Shown: piece by piece, positions 41,858 through 52,200 of the stretch
Numbering within the stretch: position 1 is the stretch's first letter
How the letters are laid out: each line of letters starts with the position of its first letter
NCBI RefSeq assembly: GCF_014359905.1
Contig: NZ_JACIYP010000006.1
Coordinates: 17,679-81,678 of the forward strand
DNA length: 64,000 nt
Direction: 5' to 3'
DNA from: Hoeflea sp.
Lineage (GTDB): Bacteria; Pseudomonadota; Alphaproteobacteria; Rhizobiales; Rhizobiaceae
Position numbers and translations under genes: made by a program
The notes under the pieces: model-generated
Told to the model about the DNA's origin: nothing
The model's input: only the letters and a program-made list of their open reading frames with translations
Database searches by the model: none

Positions 41858-43368
41858 CAGCTTGCCCTCCTGAGGCTGTCGTATCGTGCACAATCGGCGA
41901 CCGGCTCATGGGTCAGCCGCAGCGCATCGGGGATTTGCAGGGGCGCGGTCGGGGCCGGATCACGACGTCGCGCGAGGATGTTCAGGATGACGGCAGCCGA
42001 GCAAACACCTTGATCAAGCGCTTCCTGACATGCGGCCTCCACGGCGGTGATGCCGTCGTCTGGCACGCAGCCGAGAATGGTGACCATTTGCCGATCACCG
42101 TCATCGATGGTCTTCAATCGCTTGCGGACCTTCTCCATCGCCGCCGGCAGCACCCAGTCGCGGAACGGTGCGCCATTGCGAAGAGCGCCGGGTTTACGGG
42201 CCAGGACAGGCACATAATGCCAGGGATCATAGACCGTCTCGCCGCGGCCGAAGCTGCGCCGATGTTCGGCGATGACCGTGCCATCCTGCTTGACGACAAT
42301 CCGGTCGGCATAGGCGTGGACTTCGACCGGGCGGCCGACAGCCGTTGAGAGGACCGAGTATTTGTTATTGTCGAAACGGACCGTGCAGGTCTTGGACACC
42401 GAGGCCGGAACGCAGTGAAAGCCGTCGAACGGCCCTACATAGGGGACGAGACTGCCGCGCTCGGCCTCGAACATCTGCCAGATCGTTTGGTCGGCCTGTT
42501 CCGGATGGTTGTGCGCCTTGGCGTAGGCCACACATTTGTCGAGCAGCCAGACGTTCAATTCCTCAAGGCTCTTGCCCCTCAGGCGCGGGGTGAAGAAGCG
42601 TTCGCGCACCAGGCCGACCTGGTTCTCGACCTGGCCTTTCTCCCAACCAGACGCCGGGGTGCAGGCAACCGGCTGCACGAGGTAATGGCTGCACATCTGC
42701 AGGAAACGGCGATTGTATAGCCGCTCCTTGCCAACGAAGACCGTCTCCACCGCCGTCTTCATGTTGTCGTAGATGCCGCGCGTGCAGGTGCCGCGGAAGA
42801 AGGCGAAGGCCTTGTCATGGGCGTCGAACACCATCTCCTGGCTCTCGCGCATATAGGCGCGGGCAAACATCATACGGCTGTGGTAGAGCCGGACATGGGC
42901 GACCTTGACGGTCGTCGTCACCCCGTTGATCAACACAATCTCGTGGCTCCAGTCGAACTGGAAGGCTTCGCCGGGTGCATAGTAAAGCGGCACATAGGCC
43001 TGCGCCGTCGCTGATCCGCGGTTCTTGGCCCAACCCTTGGCGTAACGGCGGATCGCATCGTAGCTGCCGTCGTATCCGAGCGCCCGAAGCTCCTCGTAAA
43101 TCCGGATCAGCGTCAGCCGTTCACGTGATGGCCGGCCTTCGTTTGCCGCAAGAAAACGCTCGATCTCGACTTTCCAGACACCCGTCTTCGGCAAAGGCTG
43201 TCGTTCGCGCTCGTAGAAGAAGTCGGTCTCGTCGGAGCGCAATATCTTGCGGACCGTATTGCGGGAAACATGCAGTTCGCGGGCGATCTTCTTCATCGAC
43301 CAGCCTCGAACATGGAAGGCTCGCCGGACGCGCGCAATCGTATCCACTCGCTTCAACTCCCTCTCCAT
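41857..43368 (-). CDS. istA: IS21 transposase IstA
   Basis: HTH; [32 protein letters not shown]. Confidence 0.93.
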   Translation of the reverse strand: MERELKRVDTIARVRRAFHVRGWSMKKIARELHVSRNTVRKILRSDETDFFYERERQPLPKTGVWKVEIERFLAANEGRPSRERLTLIRIYEELRALGYDGSYDAIRRYAKGWAKNRGSATAQAYVPLYYAPGEAFQFDWSHEIVLINGVTTTVKVAHVRLYHSRMMFARAYMRESQEMVFDAHDKAFAFFRGTCTRGIYDNMKTAVETVFVGKERLYNRRFLQMCSHYLVQPVACTPASGWEKGQVENQVGLVRERFFTPRLRGKSLEELNVWLLDKCVAYAKAHNHPEQADQTIWQMFEAERGSLVPYVGPFDGFHCVPASVSKTCTVRFDNNKYSVLSTAVGRPVEVHAYADRIVVKQDGTVIAEHRRSFGRGETVYDPWHYVPVLARKPGALRNGAPFRDWVLPAAMEKVRKRLKTIDDGDRQMVTILGCVPDDGITAVEAACQEALDQGVCSAAVILNILARRRDPAPTAPLQIPDALRLTHEPVADCARYDSLRRAS

Positions 43369-43706
43369 CCGCTGTCAAAACACGGATGGTCAGATAAATC
43401 CGAGGGGGGGCAAAATTGGACGCCGATCACCCCGCTAATGGGGTCAATTTTGCACGCCGAAACACACAGGCCAAAGCCAAGCGGCCGCCGCTTGCGAGCG
43501 GACCCTTTACGGGTTGATCGTGGAAGTCCGCGCCGCACCAGGAATGCCATCTCTCAAAGAGCGAGGTTGGGCTGCATCCGGGATAGAGTTCTGGTCAGGT
43601 GCGGTCGGATCGGCCTGGTCGAGGCTGGACAGCCAGGTCGGGAGATGAGAGCCGAACACGGTGCGGGATACGAGGTCTTGTTGTCGGGAAGTGTTTAGAG
43701 CGGAAG

Positions 43707-44102
43707 TCAGGTCCGCTTCACGGCCTTGATCGCGGACGCGCGGGCCGCTTGCTTGATTGTCGTGGCAATCTCGCGGAGGAACGCCGCGCTGACAGATCCG
43801 ATCGGCTCGGTGGACACGAAATCATAGTCCTTATCCATCTCCACGCGATTGAACTCGTCGAGAATGATCCAGCATGGGGGGTTGAGCCCAATGCGCCGGC
43901 ACTCGATTTCAGGGACAATCAGCGCAAGCTGGCCGTCGAGCGGCTGCCTGGAGGTAAAAGGAAAGAGAAACACGACATCAGGATTGCCGGGTGTTTTGAT
44001 GACGATGCAGACAGGGCGAGGCTTCCGGCCGGATTCCTCGCCCTTTTCCGCTTCGCGGTGCCAGAGGTAATGAAACTCGGCGACATCGCCCTGTTCAAGC
44101 AT
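43707..44102 (-). CDS. Putative type II toxin, PemK/MazF-like
   Basis: YLW...GEESGRKPRPVCIV...PFTS...CWIILDEFN; overlaps the antitoxin. Confidence 0.62.
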   Translation of the reverse strand: MLEQGDVAEFHYLWHREAEKGEESGRKPRPVCIVIKTPGNPDVVFLFPFTSRQPLDGQLALIVPEIECRRIGLNPPCWIILDEFNRVEMDKDYDFVSTEPIGSVSAAFLREIATTIKQAARASAIKAVKRT

Positions 44103-44349
44103 CGTTTTTTGCAGGCTCGAGGATGGCGTCTATACCGGACATCAGTTCTTGATGGATGTCATCCGGCGCATCGTGCAGGGAATAGGACTTCGTCGGGCTC
44201 GGTTCACCGCGCATCCGGTGGTAGTCCCGGGCAGAGAGAACAAAGAGCTTCTCCTTGCCGTGCTTGGTGAGCACGACCGGTTCGATCATCGCCGCCTCGA
44301 GGATTTCGCCCGAAGATCGGTTCATGTCGGAAAAGGTGAACTGCTTCAT
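44095..44349 (-). CDS. Phd/YefM-family antitoxin
   Basis: FTFSDMNR.SGEILEAA..EPVVLTKHGKEKLFVLS..DY. Confidence 0.8.
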   Translation of the reverse strand: MKQFTFSDMNRSSGEILEAAMIEPVVLTKHGKEKLFVLSARDYHRMRGEPSPTKSYSLHDAPDDIHQELMSGIDAILEPAKNDA

Positions 44350-44363
44350 CGCAAAGGCTCCAG

Positions 44364-44379
44364 TATTTTACGTAAAATA
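44364..44379. promoter_or_regulatory. TA operator palindrome TATTTTACGTAAAATA
   Basis: Perfect 16-bp palindrome 14 bp upstream of the antitoxin start. Confidence 0.65.
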
Positions 44380-44421
44380 GGTATTCCATGTAATTTTGTC
44401 AATTCGAGTCTTCGTGTCGAC

Positions 44422-44450
44422 AAAAAAGGGGCGGAGCCGGAACTCCGCCC
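44422..44450 (-). terminator. Rho-independent terminator
   Basis: GGGCGGAG/CTCCGCCC stem followed by T6 on the minus strand, just after the 44458 stop. Confidence 0.75.
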
Positions 44451-44457
44451 GTTTGGC

Positions 44458-45045
44458 CTAGCTGAGTGCGGCCAACTGCAGTTCGGCCGCCTTGCGGTCG
44501 ACGGTCTGACCTGGGTTGTCGATCAGGCGCTGGAAGGGCTTCCACGCCTCGCCGACCACCTCTTCGTAGGCAGTCACGACGCCTTCGGCGGCGCAACGGA
44601 GCGCATGCGCCTGCAGGCCCATATCGGCCGCGAATTCGCGCTTGCGTTGGGCTGCCCCATCGAAGCCGACCGGGCCATCGATGTCCTCGTCCCGAGTGTC
44701 ATTGGATCCCTTGGCCGTGGCATCGCGGGCCTCGGTCACGGCGCGGCTGTAGAATTGTCCGGCCCCGTGGGCGGAGCCGACAAACGAACCGACGATGCGC
44801 TGCAGGTGGATCTGCATCGCCCGTTCGCCGAGACCCTCGTTGAGGGCGTCGGCCGTGTCGACGATGATCTTGTGATGAAGTTCGCGAATGCCGTCACCGT
44901 CGATCACGGGAAGACCGAAGCTTTCGGAGATGAGGGAGGCCTGAGCGCTATCGGGGCAGGCAAGTCGGACCATTTCGAGCGAAGCGCCCTTGCGAAGCTG
45001 GGTGACCTTGGCGGATTGACGGGGAGAACGAGCGGTACTGGTCAT
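44458..45045 (-). CDS. Hypothetical plasmid protein
   Basis: 195 aa, coding-like codon bias, GGAAAGG RBS, followed by a terminator. Confidence 0.75.
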   Translation of the reverse strand: MTSTARSPRQSAKVTQLRKGASLEMVRLACPDSAQASLISESFGLPVIDGDGIRELHHKIIVDTADALNEGLGERAMQIHLQRIVGSFVGSAHGAGQFYSRAVTEARDATAKGSNDTRDEDIDGPVGFDGAAQRKREFAADMGLQAHALRCAAEGVVTAYEEVVGEAWKPFQRLIDNPGQTVDRKAAELQLAALS

Positions 45046-45055
45046 GTGATTTTCC

Positions 45056-45370
45056 TTTCCTTCACGGTATGGCCGAAGGCTCAAGCCGGACTGCCGGCCT
45101 TCCCTTCGGGCGCGGTCAGGAAAAACCGGTGGAAAGACGGAGGCTTCAGGGTCCGCGCGGACCGAGACGAGCGAACCTGTCCTGCGGGTCAGCAAAGCTT
45201 TCAGCCCTTGCGCCATACCGCGGGACCGGCTTGGCGAGGATGGTCCGCGCGGCCGCACCGCGGCGCGTCAGCGGCCTTGAAGGCTCCGGCCGCCGGTTTA
45301 CGACCGCAGCCTGTCCCGAAGGGAAGGCCGGCAGACATGGCGCTCCACTGGCGGCGATGTGTGAAGGAAA
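45056..45370. repeat. Long nested inverted repeat (candidate Frpo/ssi-type ssDNA hairpin)
   Basis: Perfect 20-bp IR 45091-45110/45315-45334, 10-bp IR 45056-45065/45361-45370 and inner pairings. Confidence 0.75.
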
Positions 45371-45446
45371 TGACGATCGCCAACCGGACCGCTAACCCGA
45401 CCAAACCACCGCTGCGTCTGCCGATGCGGTTCGGGAGATCGCTGCG

Positions 45447-45698
45447 CTAACCCTTGCCTACCGGCCATTGCGGGAAGGGCATGCTTCCGGGTTCATAGTC
45501 TGGCGGGATGGCGGCAGGGGCCATGGACGCCGCAAGGTCCTCGCCGGCGACTGCCCAGTCGATGATGGCGACGTTGGCCTGATCGGGAAATGGTGACGAT
45601 CCGTCAAGATGGGCTTCGAGCGCTTCGGCGATATGCGCACGGGGATTGGTGGTATCGGCCGTCACGAGAATATGGACTGCAACGAGCCATGCGGTCAT
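45447..45698 (-). CDS. Hypothetical protein
   Basis: 83 aa; GGAG RBS; ATGA-coupled to the upstream ORF. Confidence 0.6.
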   Translation of the reverse strand: MTAWLVAVHILVTADTTNPRAHIAEALEAHLDGSSPFPDQANVAIIDWAVAGEDLAASMAPAAIPPDYEPGSMPFPQWPVGKG

Positions 45699-45895
45699 GG
45701 TCTGGGTCTCCTGTTCGGGGTCATGAAGCGGGGAGCGTGGATCGACGTCAGAGCCGCGCGCTTCCAGGCGTCGGCCCCCGCGAACCGGGTGCTGTGCCGC
45801 CTGTGATGGATGATGAGCTTCGGATAGGCGCCCTCCATCCGGAAGCTGGCGTGCCAGCCGAAGGCAATGGCGATCAGTTTCCAGGGGACGGACAT
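45695..45895 (-). CDS. Hypothetical protein
   Basis: 66 aa; translationally coupled on both sides. Confidence 0.6.
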   Translation of the reverse strand: MSVPWKLIAIAFGWHASFRMEGAYPKLIIHHRRHSTRFAGADAWKRAALTSIHAPRFMTPNRRPRP

Positions 45896-46773
45896 CAGCG
45901 CCCCCATCCGATAAAGCTGGAGGGCCCGTCATAGACATCGTGGCGGGCGGGATCGATGACGAAACCAAATGGGCCGACCGTGTATTCCGCCGAGCGAACC
46001 AGAAATCGGCGCTCCTCCGCAGCGTGATCGCGCGTGCCGCCAAGCGTCGCGACGACCTCGACAAAGCCGTCGTGATGATCCGACCTGATAGCGGAGATCA
46101 CGATCCAGTCGCCGGCATGGCGCGACTGGAAGGCCCGGCGATCCTTTTCGCGGGATTGACCGGGTTCGAGCACGGTTCCCGTGATCGCCTCGAATTCGTC
46201 TGGCCAACTGTCCTTGACCGTCTGGTCGGCGCATCGCCGTTCGAAGCTGGTAAACAATTCCGGGAAGGTAATCGCAACGATCGCCCACTCGACGTCTTCT
46301 TCGTACCAGCTATTGGCATTGCGAAGCCGCCCATCGACCCTGGCATTGCGATCGGTCGCAAGATGGAACCCGCCATGACCGGCGGTCGAATGGCAGACGA
46401 TCCCCACTGCAAAGACCGTGGCGCCCTGCGAGGGTCCCCAGGGCGTATACGCCCGGGAGTGGATTTCCCGGCGGCCGAGAGCATTTTTCTCGCGGATGTG
46501 CTCGGCTTTCTCGGCCATTTTGGCACGGAAAGCGGGCTCGTCGGCGAGCGCGCCTTGAAACCCGTAGAAGTCTCCCCGTGCGAGCTCGTGCAAGGGCCGG
46601 CGCACCAACCATGCCGCGGCAAGGTGGTGGGTTCCATTCCGGCCGGGCAGCATGGCGTAGGCGGTGTCATCGATGCACGCCACAGCGAAACCGTCGGCGC
46701 TGGTCCCGAACTCAACCCCGACCATGTCGGTGGGCTGTGAGGCGGAAGGGTGGGATTGGGCGGAATTGGTCAT
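45895..46773 (-). CDS. Conserved plasmid protein (DUF7007-like)
   Basis: TPWGPSQ...STAGHGGFHL...WYEEDVEWAIV. Confidence 0.75.
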   Translation of the reverse strand: MTNSAQSHPSASQPTDMVGVEFGTSADGFAVACIDDTAYAMLPGRNGTHHLAAAWLVRRPLHELARGDFYGFQGALADEPAFRAKMAEKAEHIREKNALGRREIHSRAYTPWGPSQGATVFAVGIVCHSTAGHGGFHLATDRNARVDGRLRNANSWYEEDVEWAIVAITFPELFTSFERRCADQTVKDSWPDEFEAITGTVLEPGQSREKDRRAFQSRHAGDWIVISAIRSDHHDGFVEVVATLGGTRDHAAEERRFLVRSAEYTVGPFGFVIDPARHDVYDGPSSFIGWGR

Positions 46774-47243
46774 GCCGCCCTCCCCTCGACATGATCGGAG
46801 GCCACCTGGTCGGCGGTCACCTCATGCAGCACCGCATCGGGGTAGCCGTGGCGCGACAGCCATTCATCGGCCGCGGCCCTGCTGACCGCGACGTGGACCA
46901 GTTCGCCCGCATCGCCGGGCCGGCTGAGCACGAGAACCGAGCCGGCAGAAGGACGCTCGATGACGGTGAAGTCGAGATCGCTGTCGAGCGAGAAGGTCTT
47001 GAAGACCTTCAGTACGATCACCGCCTTGGTGCCGTAGTCGCCCTCATGCAGGGTAAAGCTTCCGGGAATGATGGTTTCCCCGACGCGGGCACCCGCCTGT
47101 CTCTTGACGAGACGGCCGGTGTTGTTGTGGCGCTCCCAGGCCTGGAGCTTGCGGCGGTGCCGCTCAGGGGGACGGAGTGTGCCGTCGGAATAGCGGATGA
47201 TCGCGCCGAGCGGTGCAGTGTCGAAGATCAGTTGCGCGGACAT
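46770..47243 (-). CDS. Hypothetical plasmid protein
   Basis: APLGAIIRYSDGT.RPPERH; AGGAGG RBS; coupled to the next gene. Confidence 0.75.
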   Translation of the reverse strand: MSAQLIFDTAPLGAIIRYSDGTLRPPERHRRKLQAWERHNNTGRLVKRQAGARVGETIIPGSFTLHEGDYGTKAVIVLKVFKTFSLDSDLDFTVIERPSAGSVLVLSRPGDAGELVHVAVSRAAADEWLSRHGYPDAVLHEVTADQVASDHVEGRAA

Positions 47244-47333
47244 GAGTGATGTCCTCCTGTTGGATGAATCGGAAACGAAAGCGCCGCCGGACGATGCCGG
47301 CGGCGTGATGTGCGTTCGGAAGGAAGTAGACCG

Positions 47334-48998
47334 CTATTCGGCGGCTTCGCGGAAACCCTCGGAGACGGCGTCCGAGTCGATGTCGACCTCATCCGGCCCG
47401 TCGATGGAGCCGTCGGCATCCCCGGCTTCCTCGTCCTTGGTGAGCTCGTTGCGGGCCTTCCAGTCGGAGAGTTCGTTTGCCTCCGGCGCGAAGAGCGCCG
47501 AGGTGTGAACGAAGCGTTCTTCCTTGAAATGCTCGACGAGCGCGGCGCGCGTATCCCGGACTTTGTTGCGCGGCAGGACCGAGGTGTCCGCGCAAACGGC
47601 CTCGAGAGCCTGCCGGGACAGGCACACGAGGAAATCCTCGGTCCCCATATTGGGCAGGAAGCTGTCGGCCCCAATCACAACGCCGGCGACCCGCGAGACG
47701 ATGCCGCTGTTCGACATGTTGCGGCGGCACGACAGCACCTCGATCAGCACCGAGCGGGCCGCGACCCTGAGCGTCTCCGTGTCGACGGCGAGATTGCCAG
47801 TGCCATCAACCAAGGTCGCGGCATGGGGCGCGATCAGGCTTCGGAACGAACCCGTATTGCCGGATCCTGTATCGACGCGGACGTTTTGACCGGCAAAGGC
47901 AATGACGAGCAGCGCCATCAGCGTGTCGTCCTCGATCGGTGCGCGGTGAAGCGCCTCGTGCAGCGCATCGGTGCGGAAATCGCCGATCATGTCCTGGCCC
48001 TTCTGGGTGACGTCCGAACGTTGCGTCGGTGCTATGGCACCGCTCTCCTCCGCCTTGCTCTTCGCTGCTTTCGGCTCCGGCATCCGGTAGACGACGGACT
48101 GAACCTTGCCGTCGCGATCGAGATACATGGCCGTATGGTCGGACTTCTTTGGCTTGCCGTAGACGCGTTCGGCCTTCTTGGGCAGATCGGGACCGTTCCA
48201 GCCATTGAGCTCGGTAATCATGCCGTTCTTGGGCAGGTTGTTGGTCATCCATTCCTGCTGGGCGCCGAGAAAGGCCTCGACATCGTTCGTATAACGGCTG
48301 TCCTCGTCGGCGGGGGCGAAGAGGTCCTCAACCCAGGCGATGCCGTAGGCCTGCGCCAGCTCATCGTGGAAGCTGGCGTCGCGTGCATACATGCGGGTCT
48401 TGGACAGGCCGTTGGCAACCGAGCACCAGGACGTCGTTTCGTTCTTCTTGGGCTTGTGGATCTTCCAGACCTCCTTCTGCTCCGCGATCGAGGCTGCGGC
48501 AATGGTCCTGAGCTGCCGTTCATCCGGCATGTCGCCCTTGGCCATCTGGTCCAGCATGGCGGGAAGCACATTGGCGAGAAGGCGGAGCTTCTTGATCTGG
48601 CGGACCGGAAGCGACAGCGCCGCGGCAATGCCTTCCTGGGTCCAACCGAGCGCCACCAGACGTTCGATGGCGCGCCACTGATCGACGGGGTTGAGCGGTT
48701 CGCGGGCGATGTTCTCGACCATTGAGCGCATGGCGCCGCCGTCACCGGCCGGATCGGTCACGATGACCTCGATCTCTTCGAGCTCCGCGGCAATCGCACC
48801 TCTGGTGCGGCGATGGCCGGCCTGGATGATGAAGCCGTTGCCGCCACCCGCTTCGGGGGAAACGACGGGCGGCTGGATGATGCCGACGGCCTTGATGGTC
48901 GCGACCAGCAGCGCATCGCCCTGCGGCGTGGATTTGGATTTGCGGGCATCGTTGGGATTTTCCTTCAGCGCGCGCGGGTCGATCTTGATGATATGCAT
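47334..48998 (-). CDS. ParB/Srx-domain protein
   Basis: IKAVGIIQPPVV...AGHRR...ENIAREPLNPVD plus HTH. Confidence 0.88.
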   Translation of the reverse strand: MHIIKIDPRALKENPNDARKSKSTPQGDALLVATIKAVGIIQPPVVSPEAGGGNGFIIQAGHRRTRGAIAAELEEIEVIVTDPAGDGGAMRSMVENIAREPLNPVDQWRAIERLVALGWTQEGIAAALSLPVRQIKKLRLLANVLPAMLDQMAKGDMPDERQLRTIAAASIAEQKEVWKIHKPKKNETTSWCSVANGLSKTRMYARDASFHDELAQAYGIAWVEDLFAPADEDSRYTNDVEAFLGAQQEWMTNNLPKNGMITELNGWNGPDLPKKAERVYGKPKKSDHTAMYLDRDGKVQSVVYRMPEPKAAKSKAEESGAIAPTQRSDVTQKGQDMIGDFRTDALHEALHRAPIEDDTLMALLVIAFAGQNVRVDTGSGNTGSFRSLIAPHAATLVDGTGNLAVDTETLRVAARSVLIEVLSCRRNMSNSGIVSRVAGVVIGADSFLPNMGTEDFLVCLSRQALEAVCADTSVLPRNKVRDTRAALVEHFKEERFVHTSALFAPEANELSDWKARNELTKDEEAGDADGSIDGPDEVDIDSDAVSEGFREAAE

Positions 48999-49249
48999 TG
49001 GAAGCTCCTGGTTGCGGATTGAGGACCCGGCACGCCGCCGGTTCCCTTTTTCGTCTTCTTCTCGAAGACATCCCCGGGACCGCGGAGCGGGCGGGCCGGT
49101 GCAACTGCGGCCGAGCGTCCCTGCCCGGCCGGGTGAGCGGGGCTGGCCAGCCCTGCGAGGAACGACGGGTCGGGATGGCGCAGGCGGCGGTTGAGCGACA
49201 GCATCACCGGTTCGACCGATCTGCGACCGGTCCCCTTCCTACTTCTTCT

Positions 49250-52200
49250 TCAGGCCGCCTCCCCCTCCTTCAATACCTCATCCGCCAGATCTGCCTCGAT
49301 TTTGGCGAGTTGTTGGCGCTTCTCTGCAAGCTCGTCTTCGAAGCCGAATTCTCCGCCCTGGCGGGTCTGGTATGAGGCCAGCCGGCGCTCCGCGTCGTCG
49401 AGGCGGAAGCGGTATTGCGAGCGCTCGTCTTCGAAGCCGCCGAGCACATGTTCGATGCGGGAGACGGCGCCGAGCGGAGTGACGGTCAGCGCCAGGTCGA
49501 TCTCGGATTCCGCGCCAGTCCGCGCAATCGTTACGTCGTACTGGAAATCGTCCTGACCGACACGCTGGCCCGAGAAAACGAGATCGAAGCCGCCAATCGT
49601 GGCGATCGTCTTTTCATCCTCCTCGCGAAGATGCACGAGCGTCATGATTTCCTTCATCAGGGCACGGCCGGCAGGCTTGCGCTCGGTGAAGGATTGCCCA
49701 GCAACGGTCATGGCAAAGGCATCGCCGGCGGTCGGAATCCGACGCTCGATGTCCTTGGCGATCTCCGCGATGCGACGGGTATCATGCTCGATATCGCGTT
49801 CGGCGTTGCGGATTTGACGACGCACGGCAAAGAGATCGTCTCGGTGCGCGGCGCACAAGCGTTCGAGCCGGGCGATATTGGCCTCGAGGCCTGCCTTCTG
49901 CATCAGGCGCTGATCGCCGGAAGCGATCGCCTTGGCCATGGCGAACTGGTTGGCCTGCCCCTCGCCCAGATCCTCCAGGCGGCGTACCGATGTGTCGCCG
50001 GAGAGGGCCGCGGCGATGAACCGGGCCTTGCGCTCGTTGTTCTGCCACATCTGCGCATCCATCGAGCCTTCGGTGGCGTAGGCGAAGATGTCGATCTCGT
50101 CATGCTGATTGCCCTGCCGCTCGATGCGGCCCTCGCGTTGCTCGATCTGGGAGGGAAGCCAGGGCACGTCGAGATGGTGGAGCGCCTTTAGGCGAAGCTG
50201 GGCGTTGACGCCGGTGCCCATGGTTTCCGATGAGCCGATCAGGAAGCGGACCTTGCCCGCATTGACATCGGCGAACAGCCGCTGCTTGGCCTCGGTCTTC
50301 TTGTAGTCCTGCATGAAGGCGATCTCCGAGGCCGGAACGCCAAACCGGACGAGCTCGTTGCGGATCCAGCGATAGGCGGAAAAGCCTCTGCTTTTCTCGA
50401 CGCTGATCGTGCCAAGATCGGAGAAGATCATCTGCGCCGCGCCGGGCAGGTCGAAGGGCTTGCCCTCACGGGTCAGGTACTCGTTTTCTCCGGACTCGCG
50501 CCAGATGCGATAGGCGTTGGCGATCAGCTTGTTGAGCTTGTTGCCCGGCTCATTGTCATTGTCGGGATCGACCAGCCGCAGATCAATCGCCGCATGGCGC
50601 CCGTCGGTAATGACGGAAAGCAGAATGTCGTCGCCGGGTTGGGCCGGACCTTCGCGCTTTTCGATGGCCCTGATGCGGGCCTCGAGCACCTGCTGATAGA
50701 GCTTGAAGTCGTCGGTCGGCTTTGCGGTGACGATCTGCCGTTTGCCCTTCGAGACGGCGGGAATTTTCACATATTGCTTCAGATCCTCCGGCAACACGAC
50801 ATCGGCGAAGGAGCGGAACATGGCGATCAGTTCCGGCACATTGACGAAGGTCGCAAAGCGCGAGACGGGCTTGTATTTGCCCGAGGGCTGCAATTCGAGT
50901 TCGGTCGCCACATCGCCGAAAGTCGAGGCCCAGGCGTCGAATTCGTGCAAGCCGCGTTCCTTGAGCGCGTCGAAGCCGAGGAAGCGCTGAACCGAGAACA
51001 TTTCGCCAAGCGTGTTGGTGATCGGCGTACCCGAGGCCAGCACCAGTGCCCGACCCCGGTTCTTTGTCTCGATGAAGCGGGATTTCACATAGAGGTCCCA
51101 GGCCCGCTGCGAGCCGTTCGGATCGACGCCTTTCAGGGTCGACATGTTCGTCGCAAAACTCAGCTTCCGGAATTCCTGCGCCTCGTCGACGACGATCTGA
51201 TCGACGCCGATCTCGGAAATGGTCAGGAGATCGTCCTTGACGGTCGCCAGAGATTCCAGCCGGTCCTTCAGGCCCTCCTTCAGCCGTTCCAGTCGCTTGC
51301 GTGACACCCGATCGTCGCCCTCGACCCTGGTGAGCAGGTCTTCATAAAGCGTGAGTTCATCCTCGATCATCTGCTTTTCGAAGACTGCCGGTACAGCGAT
51401 GAACTTGAAGGCGGAATGGGTAATGATGATCGCGTCCCAATTGGCCGTCGCGGCGCGCGACAAGAAGCGGTGACGTTTCTCTTTGGAAAAATTCGTCTCG
51501 TCGGCGACGAGTATCCGCGCAGTCGGATAAAGCGCCAGGAACTCGCGGGCGGCCTGGGCCAGGCAGTGTCCGGGTACGACCAGCATGGCTTTCGAGATCA
51601 GGCCGAGCCGGCGTTGCTCCATGATGGCGGCCGCTATCGTCATGGTCTTGCCAGCGCCGACGGCGTGAGCGAGATAGGTCGCGCCGGAGGAGATGATCCG
51701 CCAGATGCCGCGTTTCTGGTGGCCATAAAGAACAAAGGCGCCTGAGGCGCCCGGTAGCTGGAGATGGTCCCCGTTGAAGGATCGGGGCGCGATATTGTTG
51801 AAGCGGTCGTTATATAGGCGCGCCAGCCGGTCGGTGCGGTCCGGATCGGACCAGACCCAGCTCTGGAAGGCGGTCTTGATCTTGGTGAGCTTCTCCTTGG
51901 CCGCCTCGGTGTCGACGACGTTGAGCACCCGGCGTTCACTGGCCCCGTCCCTGATCGTGTCGAAGATCTGCGGGATACGGCTATTGAGGGCGTCTGCGAT
52001 GAGCTCGCCGGCATGCCGGCGCTTGGTGCCCCATTCCGACGTGCCCTCGGCCCGGAAGGCCAGCATGCGGGCATCGACCGTCCAGGAGGCGAGCTCTGGC
52101 ATGTGCCGGATCGTGATCTCGGTGCCCATCGTCTCTCTTACGAAATCGACGACATCGCTGGCGGGAATCCATGGGGCGCCCAGCCGTGCGGTGATCTCCG

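Larger units (their letters stand above)
38360..43466 (-). mobile_element. IS21-family element, inflated by an internal insertion
   Basis: TGT(N3)TCGGCG...TTGACCCC ends with repeated sub-terminal units at both sides; istA-istB; no TSD. Confidence 0.9.

Noticed and set aside
41075-41893. 272-aa ORF as an intact IstB
   Set aside because: After ...TVFG it reads into the inserted element; the true C-terminus is at 38497-38601.
1167-43466. Composite transposon around the catabolic island
   Set aside because: The flanking IS elements belong to different families, and no shared TSD brackets the island.
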